NCBI RefSeq assembly: GCF_009914755.1
Contig: NC_060948.1
Source of the DNA: the human T2T-CHM13v2.0 reference genome, Homo sapiens
Reading direction: 5' to 3' (one strand)
DNA length: 64,000 nucleotides
The stretch's first letter is position 1. Every line of letters starts with the position of its first letter. Below are positions 49,401-62,950 of the stretch, one piece after another. Below the pieces are notes generated by a model. The model was not told where the DNA came from, ran no database searches, and saw only the letters and a program-made list of their open reading frames with translations. A program made the position numbers and the translations under genes.

Positions 49401-50692
49401 GGTATTTAGCACAATCTCGTTGGGCTTTATCTAATTTATTTTGCTCATCTCTGTTGCTGAAGACCTTACAGGCCAGGTTAAGGAGGTCTTGTTGAGGGGT
49501 TTGAGGGCCGTCTTCTACCTTTCCGAGCTTGCACCATATGTCAGGAGCAGACTGAGAGATAAAATGGGTATTAAGAACAATCTTTCCTTCCCGGGAGGTG
49601 GGGTCAACATGGGTGTGTTTTTGGAGGGCCTCTGTAAGGCAGGAAAGAAATTCAGTGGGATTTTTGTTGGCCCTTTGGGAGATTTCTTTAAGTTTTTTAA
49701 AGTTTATGGCTTTATGGGCAGCTTTGTTGAGGACTGCGGCAAGGCAAGTGATCGTGCCGTTAGGAGATGCCCAGCCAGGATCTGTGGGTTGATAGTCCCA
49801 GGAGAGTTTTCCCGGGGTACTGCAGTGGCCCCCATGGGCTTAGTAGGGTCTTGCTGATGAAGATTGTTGGCATGTGCCTGAGCTGCAAGCCACACTTTTT
49901 TTTTTTTTTTTCCCTGGGAGGACTGCAGAAGAGAGGATAATTTGGAGATCATGCCAAGTGAGTTTGTACGATTGGGTAAAGTATTTGAGCTTTTTGATGG
50001 AAGTGTCAGGATTGGAGGAAAACGACCTGAGACGTTTCTTAATTTGGGAAAGGTTGGAGAGGGAGAAGGGAATGTGGATATGAACGATTCCTTTAGCCCT
50101 GGACACCTCTTGGAGGGGAAGTAAGGGGGCCGACTTGGGCGTGCTGAGTCTGAGAGCGGGTGTGAGGTGGAGATGAGAAGGAATCAGAATCAGAAGCTGG
50201 GTGGTTGGAAAGAGTGGGGAAAAGAGCGAGGGCAGGAGCGTAGGGTGGAGGGTCGTGATGATTGGGCAGAAGATTATCATGTTGACTGGGCCGGGAGAAG
50301 TCGGCAGGGTCAAAGGAGGAGGAATTGTCAGAAGGAAGGGGGAGCTGAGGATGTGTCTGGCTTGGAGCAGGTGAAGAGGATTTGGAAAGCGGAACAGGAC
50401 TGACAAAGGGAGGGGTGGCTACGGAGGGCAAAAAAGGCCTGAATATAAGGGATTTCAGACCACTTGACATTGCGATAGGAAAAGTTGTCTAAGTCCCTGA
50501 GGATGTTAAAATTGGAAGTGCCATTTTCAGGCCATTGGGAGCCATTGTTTAGTTTATATTGCGGCCAGGCAGTGTTACAAAAAAGATGAGCCTTTTTGGC
50601 CGAATTTCGGAACGGAGGCTAAGGGCGTTAAGGTTACGGGGGAGACACTCGAGGACGGGATGTTTCGACGGAGTGGATTGGGAGGCTCCTAT
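46500..50692 (-). pseudogene. HERV-F gag-pro-pol remnant with an Alu (48308-48597) in pol
   Basis: Probable gag start ATG->ATA at 50690-50692 (IGASQSTP); WIPNFALLA; YVDD; RNase H FIDGSS; Alu TSD TAGAGGGGTCT. Confidence 0.82.
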
Positions 50693-51091
50693 AGTGGAAT
50701 GAGAAAGGCAGAGGTAGAGACGGGAGACTTGGCCAGAGACCAGAACGGTGGGAGAAGGCATCCCTTGTCCCATGGTTCAAGTCGGATAAGTGGATATCCC
50801 CCCGTTCAGGCGTCCCTGAAAGAGAGATACCGAGGGCCTAGAGGCTGGGAGGGGGGAACCCTTGGCCCAGCGCTGGGTCTTTCGGGAAGGAAAGAGCGGA
50901 CAAGGGTTCCAGACTGAAGACAAAAGTCTCCTTTACTCAGGCCTGACACGGCCCCGGTGTTGGATGTTATTGCTAGCAATGGAAAAGCTGTATGAAATCC
51001 TCGGGTCTCTAGCAGATTCTGGAAGGAGAAGTTTGGCTAGGAGGAGCTGGGAAAGTAGAAGGGGAGAAAGGGAGGCCGAACTCTACCATCT

Positions 51092-51109
51092 TCCCGGGTT
51101 TCAGCACCA
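51092..51109 (-). promoter_or_regulatory. Primer-binding site, tRNA-Phe
   Basis: Minus strand TGGTGCTGAAACCCGGGA is a 17/18 match to the canonical TGGTGCCGAAACCCGGGA. Confidence 0.9.
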
Positions 51110-52239
51110 GGATGTAAAGGATCATTGGAAGGACAGTTGAGAAGGGAATGAGGCCAATAAAGCCAAGTTCAGGCAAGCTGATTTATTGTCAGTCCTGCGG
51201 GACTACCTCTTGAGAAAACCAGAGGAGGCAGCCCGACTTACAGACTGTAGGGTTTTATAGGGCCAGAACCAGGTTGGGGTGCCGGAGCTGAGTCGGGGGT
51301 GCAGGAGAACTGGGTCGGGGTTGGGGATCTGAGTCAGGGGTGCAGCTGTCTTGACCTCACCCTGGAGATGTTTCTTGCCGGCTTTGTTATGCGAGGTTAA
51401 CACACATGTGAACCGCATCCTGTAACTGTCTGCACAGTTACTGGAAGGGTCAGTGAAGGAGGGGTTTCTCTTTTGCCCTGGGGGATCTGTGGAGAGAGTG
51501 CAAGAGACTGTATTGTAAGGTCTGTGGGAGGGGAAGGGAATGGTCTGGTCAGGGTGACCCTAACAGGGGGCATATGGAAAAATCTCTGCACCTTGCTTTT
51601 AATTCAGCTATGAACCGAAAACTGCTCTAAAAACTAAAGTCTATTAAATGCTATATATTAATGATAATATATTGATATTTATAGGTAAACATATAGAATG
51701 CCTACCCTGTCCCAGGCACTTTCTTCTTCTTTTTTTTTTTTTTTTTTTTCTGAGATGGAGTCTCAGGCTGGAGTTGCCCAGGCTGGAGTGCAGTGGTGTG
51801 ATCTCACCTAACCGCAACCTCCACCTCCTGGGTTCAAGAGATTCTCCTGTCTCTGCCTCCTTAGCAGTTGGGATTACAGGTGCCCACCACCACACCCAGC
51901 TAATTTTTGAATTTTTAGTAGAGATGGGGTTTCACCATGTTGACCAGGCTGGTCTTGAACTGCTGACTTCAAGTGATCCGCTCCCCACCTAGCCTCCCAA
52001 TACACACTTTGGATATAGTAACTCAGCCCTCACCACAACACCATGAGGGAACAACTCCCATTACTTCCTTTTCACAGATGAGGAAACCAAAGCACAGGCA
52101 GTGACCACACTGAGAAGCCACAAGAGAAAGTGGTGAGGACTAGGCACTAGCAGGGGAAAAGACCTTCCTCTATAATTTAAGTGAGAAAAGCAATGTGTCT
52201 ATTTAGTTATTTCAGTGCTGCTAAACAAACTGAGATAGG

Positions 52240-53200
52240 CACACATAAAGAGAAAGAAAAAGGAAGGCAGAAGAGGGGAGAGAGAGAAACACAGAGAAGA
52301 GAGAGGAGAGAAACACATAGAGAATGAGAGCGGGAATGAGAAAAACAAGAGAAAAAGAGAAAAATGCGAGAGGCAATCAGAGTCAGAGAGAGACAGAGAA
52401 AGAGAAAGGTACAGGGAAAGAGAAAAAAGAACCATGCAGAAAAAGAGAGAGCAAGAGAGAGGGAATCAGATGGAACAGACAGAAATACACAGAGGCAGAG
52501 ACTGAGAGAAAGAGGGGGGCCAAACACACGGATAATGAGACAGAAACTGAAACCGTGACAGGGACCATTAGAGAGATGCAGAAGACACTGGAGAGAGAAG
52601 GAGTAATACAGAATGAGAATCACAGAGAGAAACAGAGAGAGAGGAGACAGAAACACAAATAAAGAGAGAGGGAGAAAGAGAGTGAGATATAAAGGAGAGA
52701 AAGAGGGTGACACAGAGAGGAGAGAAAGACAGTAAGAGAGGAGAGAGAGAAACAGAGTGAGACAGAGAGGACAGAAAGACAGACAACAGAAAAGATGTGA
52801 GACAGAGAGGAGAGGAACAGAGTGAGACAGAGGAAAGAGAAACAGTGAGACAGAGAGGACAGAAAGACAGTGAGACAGAGCAGAGAAAAAGACAGTGACA
52901 CAGAGGAGAGAGTAAGATGAGAGAGAGAAAAAGAGTGAGACAGAGAGGAGAGAAAGAGACAGAGGAGACAGAGTGAGAATGAAAGTAAGACAGAGGAGAG
53001 AGACAGAGGAGAGAAAGAAAAAGTGTGAGACAGAGGAGAGAGTAAGAAAGAAAGTGAGACAGGAGGAGAGAGAGAGAGGAAAGAGAGAAGGAAAGTGAAA
53101 CAGAGGAGAAAGATACAGAGAAAGACAGAAAGAGGAGAGTGAGAAAGAGGAGAGAGAGGAGAGGAGAGTGAGACAAAGAGAGAACTACGCACACAGAGGG
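52240..53200. repeat. GA-rich low-complexity tract with degenerate GTGAGACAGAGAGGAGAG units
   Basis: Purine-rich strand with recurring ~22-26-nt motifs. Confidence 0.93.
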
Positions 53201-53276
53201 AATGAGAGAAGGCTGAGGCAGATACTCTCACATGTTAAGTTGGAGTGAGATGGAAGATGTCAGGGATTTTTCTCAC

Positions 53277-53470
53277 TGTTTTTCTTCTCCTCCTCTCTGT
53301 GTAAGCTTCCCAAGTGCACGGGACTTTTCTTGCCTCTGAGTTTCCTTCTGTATCCCTAGAGCCAGGAACAAAGGCTGCCACCTGGGATGCACTCCTTAAA
53401 TATAAGTTCAAGAAACACAAGGGAGAGCAGATGCTTTTTCTTTGATGCCAAGGCATGACTTTTATAAGCA
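53277..53470 (-). other. Candidate non-coding first exon/promoter homolog of ARSF
   Basis: Unique sequence upstream of the start exon; donor-like CA|GTGAGA at 53277/53276; TATA-like TTATAAAA (~53459-53466); homology not verified. Confidence 0.3.
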
Positions 53471-56400
53471 AGACAATTTGACGCTCACAGAATTTCAAAC
53501 AGCAACAAACACACACACGCATTCCTGCTTGCTCTTCCCTCTGCAGGCTCCATGAGGAGGCAGGGGCTAGACAGCTGGTGGTTGTTCTAACAGAGTCCCC
53601 AACACCAGACTTGGGAGTACAGCCACACGAAGCACCCAGGAAACCCACAGCTCAGGAGTGCAGCAAATGCTTATGCTTGAACATGACTTATTACCCACAG
53701 TTATGATGGCCATAAATAATGATTCCACAAGACAACATTTACCACCCACAGAAACTTCATGGAAAAACCACTTCACCATAAAGAGCTCAGTGACAAAATA
53801 AACAAATAAAAACACAGATTTGTACAAAGCCCAAGAAAAACCACACAGAAAATGACCGTTGTATCTGGTAATGCTCCAAGCCAAAATGGAAAATGTTGGA
53901 AGTGAGGGAATGCAAATAACTTTCGGAATCTATGATCTTTCATTGCCCATCCACTCAAATTTTTGGAATCTATGATCTTTTACTGCACATTTGTCCAATT
54001 TTTTATGAACTTTGAAAAAAATCTATGTTCAAAAGTTTAAAACTTATATAATTTTTATAATATATTGCCCATTTCTTATGCTGTTTCTAAATATTCTTCA
54101 GTGTTTTGTTTTGTGATTCTTTTTTTCCTTTAACTGAGACCTATTTCTTTAAATCTTCATGGTGGCCTAAGTCTTCTTATAACATGAGGTTTTTTCAAGT
54201 TTTAAAAAACCCAGGGTCTGGGTGCAGTGGTTCATGCCTGTAATCCCAACACTTTGGGAGGCTGAGGCAGGTGGATCACCTGAGGTCAGGAGTTTGAGAC
54301 CAGCCTGACCAACGTGGTGAAACTTCCTCTCTATTAAAAATGCAAAATTATCCAGGCGTGGTGGCTCAGGCCTGTAATCCCAGCTACTCCAGAGGCTGAG
54401 GCAGGAGAATCACTTAGAACCTGGGAGGAGGAGATTGCTGTGGGCCAAGATCGCGCCACTGCACTCCAGCCTGGGCGACAGAGCGAGACTCCATCTCTTT
54501 GAATCTGGGGAAGAACAACTACTATTAAATCATGAAGGTCGACATCAATTCTAAGTTCTACCTGGACAAATAGATGCAAAACATGAAATTATCATGCAGT
54601 TCATGCTCAACAGAGATGTTATGGAGCCCTGTATAAAGCTATTGTGTAGGCACATTCTCTGTTGATTTAAATTAACAAAGAACGTGCTCATATGATGGAT
54701 GTTAAATTACGTCGGATGTTCAATTACATTGACCATATAGGGAATGTGATGGGGTCACACGAAAACATTGTTTAACCCCATTCTGTCTAAGATTCCACAA
54801 CTCCAAGATGAGGGGTACATCTCTAATACTCAGGAGTGTCTGGAGAAGTGAGAATACAATAAATATGTAAGTCTTTGGTTAGGTATGGTGGCTCACCTGT
54901 AACACCAACCCTTTGGGAGGCCAAGACAAGAGAAAAATTTGAGCCCAGGAGTTCAAGACTGACCTGGGCAACATAGTGAGACTCCATCTCTACAAAAAAT
55001 TTTAAAAATACAAAAATTAGCTGAGCATGGTGATGTGTGCTTTTACTCCCGGCTACTCCAGAGGCTGAGGTGAGAGGATCGCTTGAGCCCAGGAGATCAA
55101 GACTGCAGTGAGCTGTGATCACGCCACTGCACTCAAGCCTGGGAGACAGAGAGAGACCCTGTCCCCTGACAAAAAAAAAGAAGAAAAGAAAAGAAAAAAT
55201 ATTTATATATATAAGTCTTGTCCCCTAGTCGGCACAAGTTTGTGCATCTCCCATTACTTCCTTCTTACCTCTTCCTTCGTTGTTTTAAGATGATGGATTT
55301 AAAGTGCCCCAAAATGCTCTTTATTGGGCATTAAGTATTAAAGTATTGTATGAATCAAAATGTTCCACCTTTTTCTAAATTTGGCACTAAAAATGGGGGC
55401 ATATATTTGCGATGATCTTCATTCTTGCGTTATTTAATGGTCCATAGAATTGCATGTATTTACTACATTATAAACAGTGTGATAAGTTGATGCAAAAGAA
55501 TGATGAAATAGCAAAAAAAAGATGAAAAAATTATCTGGGTATGATGGTGCATGCCTGTGACACCACCTACTCAGGAGAATCACCTGAGTCTGAGGAAGTC
55601 CAGGCTACAGTGAGCCATGATCATATCACTGCACTCCAGCCTGGATGACAGAGTGAGACCCTGACTCAAAAAATAAATGAAATAAAATAAAAATACAGTA
55701 CAAATAGTGACATGCTTAGGGCTAAAGATGCTGCAGGATAATAGCTTGATAGTTTTGTAAATCTGCCCAAATTTAAAAATTAAGTTGTAATTAGCCAGGC
55801 ATGGTGGCATGTGCCTGTAATACCAGCTACTCAGGAGGCTGAGGCACAAGAATTGCTTGAATTTGGGAGGCAGAGGTTGCAGTGAGCTGAAATCACACAC
55901 TGCACTTCACCCTGGGCAACAGAGCGAGACTGTCTCAAAAAAAAAAAAAAAAAAAAAAACAGTTGTGGATACAGCATTCACACCTGCTGAACATTTATTT
56001 TGACCAATAAATGATTTCTCAATGTACAAATGCAAATCAAGGAAGTTCAAATTATCAGAGGACATGTCAGAACTTCTCCCTAAATAAAATGTCTGTAAAA
56101 GTGTATTTCCAAATGTGGACCATCTCACCTACAGTGCCCTCCCCTGGAATTTAATATGCAACTCATTATGAATGTTGGGAGCTTTCTCATGATGTCAGGC
56201 TAGTTCCTGGGCATAGTTTCCAGGAAATGAACTTTCTGCAACTGTCTCACCCCATGCCAGAACTTGCTGATTTGCAGCCTGTTCACCTCTTCCTGATTCA
56301 CATCTGCTAATTCTATAATATATATGGTAAATCTATACTATATATACATACCATATATATATACTCACATCATATATACACATACACATATATACACACC

Positions 56401-57322
56401 CTATATTTATATACACACACACACCCAGTCTTTCTCAGCAACAATAATCAAGAAAATAATTTCCTTGATAGACAAGCAGGATGAACTTCAGAGAGACAGG
56501 TTCTTTAAAACATTCCTAGAGATGCCTTCAGTGTACAATAATTATAATTCTAAAATATTTTTAGTGTGTGATAGGTGAAAAAGAATTGCAGGTGTATGCA
56601 TAAAAAAGGCAGTTGCAATCAGGGAGATAGGTTTGATACTGTTTTGTTTTTACTTCTTTGAATGTATCTTTTTTTTTTTGAGACAGGATCTCACTGTCAC
56701 CCACGCTGGAGTGCAGTGGTGTGATCATAGCTCACTGCAGCCTCAATTCCTGGACTCAAGTGATCCTCCTGCCTCAGCCTCCAAACATGTGATTATGGAT
56801 GTGATTGGCTGTGCCCAGGCCGAATGTATCATTTTTATAGTAGAATATAATTTGAGCTGTTTCTTTTTAATCAGTGATTTGAAAAACTATTAAAGAACCT
56901 CTGTTGGTAATAGAAGAAAATTACACCCATGCTTAAGATAGGATATTTAAGCTACACTTAAGGAATCAAAGCTTTTTGGTTAAAGTGGACTAGCAAAGCC
57001 AAAATATGTAGGACATGCAGAAAAAATAAATGAAGTATTCCAAGTGTTTCAATTTGACAAAATGTAGGTGAAAGTATTCTATTGCTGAAGACTAAAATGA
57101 ATGCTGAAATACAGCGAGGCATAGACCCTGTCATAGGATATGATTATATAGAGTTATGCATTTTGGTGTCATAACAGAAGTTTGGTGTCATAACAAGTTT
57201 GGTGTCATAACAAGTGCAGTTGACAAGGCAGCTTCATTTTATAATGACACCACTAGAATAGAGAATCTCAGAGATGACTCAACAATAAGTGATTAAAATA
57301 AAATTAGTTAAAAATAATGTAA

Positions 57323-57523
<201 letters not shown>

Positions 57524-58299
57524 TAAAATTTTTGTAGAGACAAGGTCTCGCTATGCCGGCCATCCTGGTCTTGAACTCCTTGGCTCAAGCTATCTTTGGC
57601 CTTGGCCTCTCAAAGTGCTGGGATTACAGAAGTGAGCCACCATGACTGGCCAATTTTGTAATCTCAATCAATCAATAAAGGAAAGTGGACACCATCTCCG
57701 ACTTTGCTCCTTTTTTCCTAAGAGATAAAAATGAACACACTAATAACTTTGGAAGGCAAAAATTTTCTCTTCTTTGTGATCAGTGCTTAGAGGGAAACAT
57801 TCATGACCATCCCCTAGGCTGTCCCAACTCCCTGCTCACTAAAAGTCACTAGGAAGGGTGACATGTGGAAATAGCTTCAAAAGACCACACCTGTTCCATT
57901 GGCCTTGAAGTTAGATCATCTATTTCTGCCTCTGCTAAAAATGTAACTCTATCTTTGAAGAAGCTCCTTCCAGTCTCTTAGTCTCTGTTGCCACATATGC
58001 AAGACACAAGGAAGGTTCTCCCCATCTAAGTGGTGTATGTGCCTGCATGAAAAGAAATAGAACGTGGAGCACAGTAGATGCTACACTTTAAAGATCAGTT
58101 TCTCCCTCAGTCTCCTTGGGAACTGCATCTTCCTCACAATCAAAACCTGTAAATTCTACACGTTTTTCTCAGTTTTAGAGTTGAAGGCTGTGAAGTCAGG
58201 AAACCAAAGGGAAGTTGCAGTGAGCTGAGATTGTGCCACTGCACTCCAGCCCAGGCCACACAGCGAGACCCTGTCTCAAAAAAAAAGAAAAAGAAAAAA

Positions 58300-58905
58300 A
58301 TATATATATATATACATATGTGTACACCTACCATGTGTATACTATATATAGACAAAATACATGTGCACCATATATGTCTATACACCTCTGCACACTATAT
58401 ATGTGTTACATATGCCATATACATAAATCTATACCATATTTACATACCATATATATATGCACTCACACCATATATACACATACACATATATACACACCCT
58501 ATATTTATATACACACACACACACCATAACCATCCATATATATTCATATAGTATATATGGGGTGTGCATGTGTTTGTGTTTCTGTGTATATGTAATATAC
58601 ACTGCATATAAAATACTAGTCCACCATATACATCTATACAAAATATATATACCACATAAATATATATCCCTCTCTCTATAGATACATACCCACCATGTAC
58701 ACATAAATCCAACATATATGTACAAGACATATGTGTACACACACATATATACACACATCAATCTACACACCATGTTTTTACACCAGATATATATGCACCA
58801 TTGATATACCATATATACTCCATATATAATACACACTATATATATACATACACATATTTTGTGTGTATATATATATTATATACACACTCCATATATAATA
58901 CTATA
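58300..58905. repeat. (TA)/(CA)-rich low-complexity tract
   Basis: Degenerate TATA/CACA repeats following an Alu tail. Confidence 0.9.
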
Positions 58906-59931
58906 TTTGAAGAGGTTTATCTAAGGAACATTACTCAAGAGGCTTCCTCCATAAATAAAACTAATTCAGCTAATGAAATTCTGCTCACTAACCTGATGGT
59001 ATGGGGGCTTTGGACGGAGGTAACAAAATTTTGCATGTGACAAGGGTATAAAGATTTGTGGCCAGATCTCAGAATCTGGCACTTGTAGGCATATGTCTAC
59101 AAATTTCTGATAGGCAGCCCTGGATAAATATTTTTGTTAGGCAATCATAAATAACTAATACAATGAGCAGACACATATTTGTAAAAAATAATAACAGTAA
59201 TGATTATTTTAATAAAAAATAATAAAAATATATAGCAGGAATTTAACAGTGTTATTTCTGGGTGATAGGAATATAGAGTCTGGTTATTTTCTTCTTACTA
59301 TTTTTTCTATATTATTATTTATTTTATTTTATTTTTTGGAGACAAAGTATTAGTCTGTTACCCAGGCTGGAGTGCAATGGTGTAATCATAGCTTACTGCA
59401 TCCTTGACCTCTTGTACTAAAGTAGGGACTACAGGCACATGCCACCACACTCAACTAATTTTTTATATTTTTTGTAGAGATTGGGTTTCGCCATGTTGCA
59501 CAGGCTGGCCTTGAATTCCTGATCTAAAGCAATCCACCTGCCTTGGCTTCCCAAAGTCCTGGGACCACAGACATGAGCCATTGCACCTGGCACTATTTTT
59601 CCATATCTTTGCTTTTTCAGTTTTTCAAAATGAAACCCTAAAAAGTAGGATGAACAAAGTTTGTCCAGAAATCCTTTTATAAATGTTTGCCTCATTTTGT
59701 CTACTAGCAACTAGGGGTCAGTTTGTGCTCCTGGTGCTATCAGAGTTCCTACCTCTCACTTACATGCAAACATGGGCATGTCTCATTGCTTATTAGCCTC
59801 CTGTACTCGGATGTGCACAGTTCAACATCAATGACCACTCAAGTTTAATTTGTTCCATAGCATTGCCAGGGTGGCATGACTGCCCGTTCCTGGTTCATCC
59901 TGTCCCTTGATGGGACTCCCTATGGCCAAGA

Positions 59932-60464
59932 TGAGAAAGTAGGAAGAAAGAAACCAGTCAGGCAGGCAGTTAGGGTGAGTCTTCACTTGAATCCTTTCAA
60001 ACAAAAGAACAACCTGAAGGAATTGCAGATAAGGGAACTTGCACAGGGGACTTGCCTAAGACATGCCCACAGCTGCACAGATATGAAGGGGTGCACAGGT
60101 GACTTGCCCAGACATGCCAGCAATGGAAAATGCTGTGCTCTAACACATGCGCAGTGAGCAGGATAAAACAGTATAGGGTAACTCAAGCTAAGGGCCTGTG
60201 TATGCACTAGGAGGATGTTGTGGAGCTACCAGCAATTTGCACCATATGCAAATAAGACACCCTGCCCTCATAGGTTTCTTATAAAGGCCTTTGCATTCAC
60301 TGTGAAATAGTAACCCTCTTACAGGCCCCCACTCTGTGATGGTCAGCTTTCTTCTTTTCTTGTTGAAGTTTCACTCCAACCTCACCATTTTGCCCATGCT
60401 CCTTAATTCTCTCGGTCGTGAGAGAAAGAACTACAGGTGATACCTTACAATGAGAGACTGCTAC
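59932..60464 (+). mobile_element. ERV1-class solo LTR (subfamily uncertain)
   Basis: TGAGAAAG...GCTACA ends; TATA-like TTATAAA (~60279); repeated GCACAG/GACTTGCC U3 motifs. Confidence 0.6.
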
Positions 60465-60473
60465 ATTGCAGTG

Positions 60474-60872
60474 CATTGGCGAGAGTATAACAAAGGGGCT
60501 TAGAGCCCAAAGACTTACAGCCAATTTAAATGTCCTAGGACAGATGGGAATGAAGGCAGACAGACATTCATCGACCTTTAAAATTCTTTAAGCAATACAA
60601 AAGCCCAAAAGCCAAACATGAGGTTACAAAATTAACTTATCTTCACCTTCTATGCATCAACCTACTGTATTCTTGGTTTTATTTATAGACTTGTAGCTGT
60701 TAGCTACACAAAATATAAGCATGGTTAAAACCTTTTACGCTAAGGAATTTAGACATTTTTAAAACCTTTTAGCCTAGGAATTTAGAGAATTTTGTTGTGC
60801 TGTAATGCTTTTTACATACTTTTTAGCAATTTGTCCTAAGTTGGCTGAAAATTATATATATATCTGTATATA

Positions 60873-60912
<40 letters not shown>

Positions 60913-62950
60913 GTGTGTGTGTGTGTATATATATATATATACACACACACACATAAATCTCATACCTTGGAGTATTATACCAGGGAGGCTTTGTCATAAG
61001 GTACCTTTATCCTCTCAGTAATTTTCTTTTAATTTTATGGGAAGCAGGAAATTTGTTATGGTTTGGATGGATGTAAAGGGTTGGGTAATAACCCAGGAGG
61101 CAAAAACAGCTTGTTTCACCTGCTATTTAGTCATCTGTGTATCCATCCTTGATTTGGAGGGTCTGAACTAACTCTATCTCTCAAAATCGGCTGCTACAGT
61201 CTCAGGCTCCCATCTCTTCCATGATAGTCCCTGGGTCTAGAGTGAGGGTGCTTGTATAGTTTTAGCAGCAGGGCACTGGCAATGAAAAATAGTTTGGGCC
61301 CAATGGGATGCCAAATAAGGGAGATTTACAGGCTTTCTCAGATTATCTCTGATCATCAGAATACCATGATTCTGGTTTTCTCCGAAGCAAAACAACAAGA
61401 GATAACATTCGTAATTTTGACCATGAAGAGAATTTGTGTGTCACAACAGAAAAAAATAACTTTTTTCATTAGGTTGCCAACTAAAAGCATCATGAATAAA
61501 ATTATAACCTGTTTCATCTTCAGAGAATTCTTGTAGCCAAGAAATAATTCATGATTCCATCTGCATTTAAAAACAAAGGTCACAGCCGAGCACTGTGGCT
61601 CGTGCCTGTAATTCCAGCACTTTGAGAGGCCAAGGCAGGCAAATCGCTTGAGACCAGGCATTTGAGACCAGCCTGGGCAACATAGGAAAACCCCATCTCT
61701 ACTAAAAATACAAAAATTAACAGGGCATAGTGGCACACACCTATAGTCCTAGCCACTTGGGAGGCTGAAATAGGAAGATCGCTTTAACCCAGGAGGTAGA
61801 AGTTGCAGTGAGATGAGATCGCGGCACTGCACTCCAGCCTGGGAAAGAGGGAGATACCCTGTCTCAAATGAATAAATAAGTAAATAATAAAAAACAAAGG
61901 TCAGGGCTGGAATCTAGTAACAGATGGTTATAGTTGAAACAACTTTTCTGTCTCTCTAGCCCTCCTTTTCTACTGAAGAAAAAGTATAGGAAGAGCAATA
62001 CGTCTGCAAAATAAGTTTTAGGCTTATTATACTTGAGTATTTGCATAAAGCGCAGCAAGAACTGATTGGTCATATGGGCTCTTCTCAGGCTGGATTTGCT
62101 GGAACTTTACCTAAAACTACATTATTTTAGTCAAAGCCTTGGTCAAATAACCAGTGTTCACAATTGTGTCCTATTTCAAAAGAAAACAGTCCTACTAAAC
62201 TCATGAAAACCACTATATATGGTCATAACATAAGAATAGTCAGAAATAGTTTCCAAATTGTGGAGAAGTCAGGTAGAGAGAAATGTAAATTTTGCTCACA
62301 GGAACATGCAATCCAATCACTCTAAACTGTAAATATCTCAAAAGAAAAAAAAGATGTTAATGTTTCTTTAACCAGAGCAACAGCCTTCCAAACAAGATGT
62401 TGTTTGTTTACCTTGGAACTGCAATTCACATGCAAAGACGTATTTATTGGGCACTGTAAAATCCAACAGCTCCTCACATAGGTACACAGTCAGTCTGAAG
62501 AGGAAAAAGAGGCTCCCTCTTTGTATGTTATCTTTGCATTCCCCAGGTAGCAGGTCCTATATGAACCATTTATATGTCATCACGGAACTCTTTTGGACAC
62601 CATTATTTCCATTAGCTTCAGTTAACATCCCATAGCAAGCGTGTAATTGCCTCTGCTGTCAAAAAGGGTCAAACTCTGTAAACTAATCTCAGATATTTCT
62701 TCTGAGCCAAATATGAGTGACTAGTGGCCCCTAGCACAGGCCTCAGGAGATCCTGAGAACGTGTGCCCAGGGTTGTTGAGTTACAGATTGGCTTTATGCA
62801 TTTTAGGGAGACATAAGACACCCCTCAATACATGTAAGATGGACATTGGTTCAGCCAGGAAAGGTGACACACCTCAAAGTGGGGGCTTGCAGGTCATAGA
62901 TAGGTGCATAGATTTTCTCATTGGAAATTGGTAGAAAGAGTTCAGTTATT
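60474..62950 (-). mobile_element. MER4-group ERV internal fragments and partial MER4-like LTR (62657-62950), with an Alu (61583-61890) and a (TA)n/(TG)n tract
   Basis: Similarity to recalled MER4-int; LTR part is antisense to motifs in the MER4A copies; Alu TSD AAAAACAAAGGTCA. Confidence 0.55.

Larger units (their letters stand above)
45045..51565 (-). mobile_element. HERV-F-type provirus (HERV-Fc/LTR46-like), integrase and most of env deleted
   Basis: LTRs 45045-45463 (3') and 51113-51565 (5'); tRNA-Phe PBS; 5-bp flanks GTGGG/GGGGG; gag FF.NTAWPQYKL.NGSQWPENGT; RT LQYVDDLLL (~47795-47821). Confidence 0.85.
44350..51650 (+). mobile_element. Old L1M 3' fragment (44350-45044 and 51566-51650) hosting an Alu (44481-44769) and the HERV-F provirus
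   Basis: L1M 3'UTR motifs (aatgtaaactatggactctgggtgat) resume after the provirus (atatggaaaaatctctgcacct); Alu TSD AAAAAAGATCAGGGGTT. Confidence 0.75.

Noticed and set aside
52199-53231. 160-208 aa ORFs
   Set aside because: Same low-complexity artefact
54510-55500. Possible ncRNA or DNA-transposon remnant around the Alus
   Set aside because: Looks like old transposon-derived sequence, but I could not identify termini or a family
58231-59040. Tyr/Ile/His/Cys-rich ORFs
   Set aside because: Translations of TA/CA repeats
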